This document shows positions 61,182 to 64,000 of a stretch of DNA of 64,000 bases, in pieces. Both the position numbers and the translations under genes were made by a program. The stretch is from Euprymna scolopes (Eukaryota): assembly GCA_053919585.1 (NCBI GenBank), contig CM132807.1; one strand, written 5' to 3'. How positions within the stretch are numbered: the stretch's first letter is position 1; every line of letters begins with the position of its first letter. The notes below the pieces were generated by a model. It was not told where the DNA came from. It did no database searches and saw only the letters and a list, made by a program, of their open reading frames with translations.

Positions 61182-64000
61182 TGTAGTGGAGTCGGGAAAG
61201 GTGAAAGTAGGAAAACACAATGACTGGTGAGAATACGAAGAACATTTATATCCAGAACAGGGTTAGTCATACAGGAAGATTAGTAAGTCCGTGGGGAGTC
61301 GTCTCTGTACGACATCCGGATAGCTCTCATTGGGCGGTCTATACTTGCTGCTTATATGGCCAATGGATAAGTCCATCTTAGAGATTATAAGAGTGTGTAT
61401 GTCCCCACAACATCCCCCTCCCACACTTTTTTGTTCTTGGGAAAAAAACGTTAATATTTCTTCCTTTTTGGATCGATGATAAGGGGTTCACTAACCTTTC
61501 TCTTCTTTGTCGATCGACGCTGTTCTATGTTTCCTTGGGGCGGCTCGATATCTAACATATCATATAACGTATCGCTAGCTTCTTCCTCGACTTGAGGTGT
61601 GTCTTTGCCATCGTTACGACGACGTCTAATTTGATTTATGTGTCTCTTGTTAGTGGTGGTAAGGCCTAGAACGATGTAGGATGTGTTTCCAATTCTTTTG
61701 TCAATTGTTCCCTGTTCCCAAAACAATGTATTGTTTCCGTATGCTTTAAAGAAAACTTTTTCTCCTGAGTTATACTTTTTTGTTGGAACGGTAGTGGTCC
61801 TACCTGAATTTGCTTGTTTTGGTAGTAGTTTTTCGAATACTGGTCGTATTTTTCATGTAAACATGGTCTCTGCAGGAGATGTTGCTTCAGGAGTATTCTG
61901 GTTCGGTATGATCCTGTAAACCTGTAAGAACTATTTTAAGGCCTTATCTGAAGGCGTTCCCGAAGCTTTCTTCAATGCTTTTTTCAAAGTGTCTACGAAA
62001 CGTTATGCCTGTCCATTTGATCTTTGATGATACGGAGGTATAGTAATGTGTTTTATTTGAAAACTGTCGCAGAATTCCTTAAAGTCAGTTGATGTGAACT
62101 GTGTCCCATTGTCGCTAACTAAGCAATCGACAACGCCAAATCGGGCAAAAAGTGGAGGAAAAGATACAGTGACCCCTGTGGTGGGTCTCTTGCACCTGAG
62201 TACTTCTGACAATTTTGAATAGCTATCTACTACAATAAAGTAGTAGGCATCCTCCACTGGTCCTGCGAAATCCACATGTATTCTCGACCAAGGTTGGTAT
62301 GTCTTTGGCCATCGTTTGTAGGTGATTGGTGGTGCTTTAGCTGCTAAAGAACAACCCTTGCAAGAATCCACTAAATTTGAGATGTCTACATCCATATTTG
62401 GCCAGGATACATAACTCCGCATAAGGCTTTTCATCCTATTCTTCCCTGGATGTCCTGCGTGAAAATCTCTTAGTATTCGTTTCTGTAAAGTCTTGGATAT
62501 AACCACCCTTTCACTATATACTAGTACCTTGTCACACAAGGAGAAAATGTCCGCTATCTGTCGATGTTTTTCCATGATTTTCTGTTTTGTTGAGCAAATG
62601 AATTCGTCTTATTGGGCTTCGCATTTATTTCCTGTAGGGTAACTTGTAGTTCTTTAATCACGTTAAACATCAGATTATTGATCTTACTGTCGTTTTTTAA
62701 AGAAGCGATCACAGTGTCTTCTAGTGGTTCGCTTTGACTTGGAATTAGCCTTGACAATCCGTCAGCATGACCAATTTTTTGTGAGGGTAGGTATTCTAAC
62801 TTAAAGTCATAGTTAAGTAAGGTCGTATCCCATCTCAACAATCTGTTTGTTGTATACACAGGTAGTCCTTTCTTCGATCCGAAGATAGTTAGGAGCGGTT
62901 TATGGTCAGTTTGCAAATTAAAAAATCTTCCATGGAAATAACGATGGTACTTTGTTACTGCGAATATTATTGCGAGGACTTCCTTCTCGACCTGCGAATA
63001 ATGTTTTTCCGAAGGTAATAACGTACGTGACGCATGTGCCACTGGTTTCTTGCTTCCATCCGGCATTCTGTGTAGTATGCAAGCGCCTATGCCATGAGAG
63101 CTTGCGTCGCTGGCAACTATGATATTTAATTCTGGATTGTAATGTGTAAGAGATAGGTCGGACGTCAGTGCAGTTTTTATTTTGTTGAATATTTCCTGGC
63201 ATTCAGATGTCCATTCCCAAGTACTGTCTTTCTTCAAAAGTTTGTTAAGTGGGGCCCGAAAATTATGCATGTTATGAATAAATGACTGGTAATAGTTGGC
63301 TAGTCCTAGAAAGCTTTGTAGTTCGGCGACGTTCCCGGGAGTTGGCATGTTCTTTATTGCAGTTGTCCTGTCAGGATCTGGTCTCCTTCCTTCTTTGTCA
63401 ATTATGTATCCTAGGTATTTAATTTCTTCTAGGAAAAATTCGCACTTTCCTTCCTTAACTTTGAACCCGAAATCCTATATCCGTGAAAATACTTTTAGTA
63501 TGTGCTCTCTATGTTGTTCCTTGGATTTGCTGATGAGTCCGTCTAGCATAGTATCCATTATTTCTTGAAAAATCGCCAGAGCGACCTTAACTCTAAATGC
63601 TAGTCTCTCAAATTTTTATAAACTCCTGTGGGTGTTTATGCAAAGTAGCTTTGAGCTATTTTCCTCAACCGGAATCTGAAGATAAGCCTCACTGAGATCG
63701 CTCTTAGAGAAGATCTTACCTCCGTCCAGTTTTGCGAAAATCTCCTCGCAACTAGGCAGTGGATAATGGTAGTCTTTCAAGACGGCATTTAGCCAAGTCG
63801 AAAAGTCAGCCAAATGCAGATTTCCTTCGATTTCTTTTTGACGTACACGGTAGGAGCTGCCCATTGGCTGAATTCCACTTTTGATAAGATGCCGGTCTTG
63901 ACTAGTCTGTCAAGTTCCTCATTAATTTTCTTTAACGAAGCGAATGGTACGTTCCTTTTTTTTCCTAAAAACTGGTTCTGCATTGGATTTTTGTTCAGAT
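61182..64000 (-). mobile_element. Ty3/Gypsy LTR retrotransposon (decayed pol and 3' LTR), continues beyond the window
   Basis: RT (WAAPTV, FSKSDLSEAYLQ, FLGLANYY), RNaseH (ASDASSHGIGA, QTDHKPL), integrase (HPG..RMKSL, RIHVDFAGP, VSDNGTQF, SNGQA); PPT at 61413-61430; LTR 61182-61412; frameshifts and stops. Confidence 0.95.

Overview
AT-rich, repeat-dense eukaryotic (metazoan, probably invertebrate) genomic DNA with many microsatellites and five N gaps (~38781-38908, 42803-42970, 44953-45218, 55933-56113, 56129-56258). Two host genes are supported: a BTB-BACK-(Kelch-like) protein exon (12505-14418, +) and an intronless AIG1/ADTRP (FAR-17a) family membrane protein (45467-46096, -) that appears to lack the catalytic His. 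The rest is a layered transposon landscape. It includes two decayed Ty3/Gypsy elements (one with a nested non-autonomous LTR element and an in-frame Lys-rich insert replacing RT/RNaseH/most of IN), three Penelope-like element (PLE) remnants, CR1/Jockey-group LINE 3' ends, Tc1/mariner relics, hAT- and Merlin-like MITEs, non-autonomous Helitrons, a 5S-derived SINE and a tRNA-Cys pseudogene. The most notable pattern is a dispersed set of about ten type I hammerhead-ribozyme motifs, mostly in (TA)n tracts. The best two are a 349-nt retrozyme-like unit with a tRNA-like Pol III promoter and no TTTT terminator (37967-38397) and a near-perfect 239-bp palindrome encoding a hammerhead on both strands (60270-60508). 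All calls were made by eye; no searches were run.
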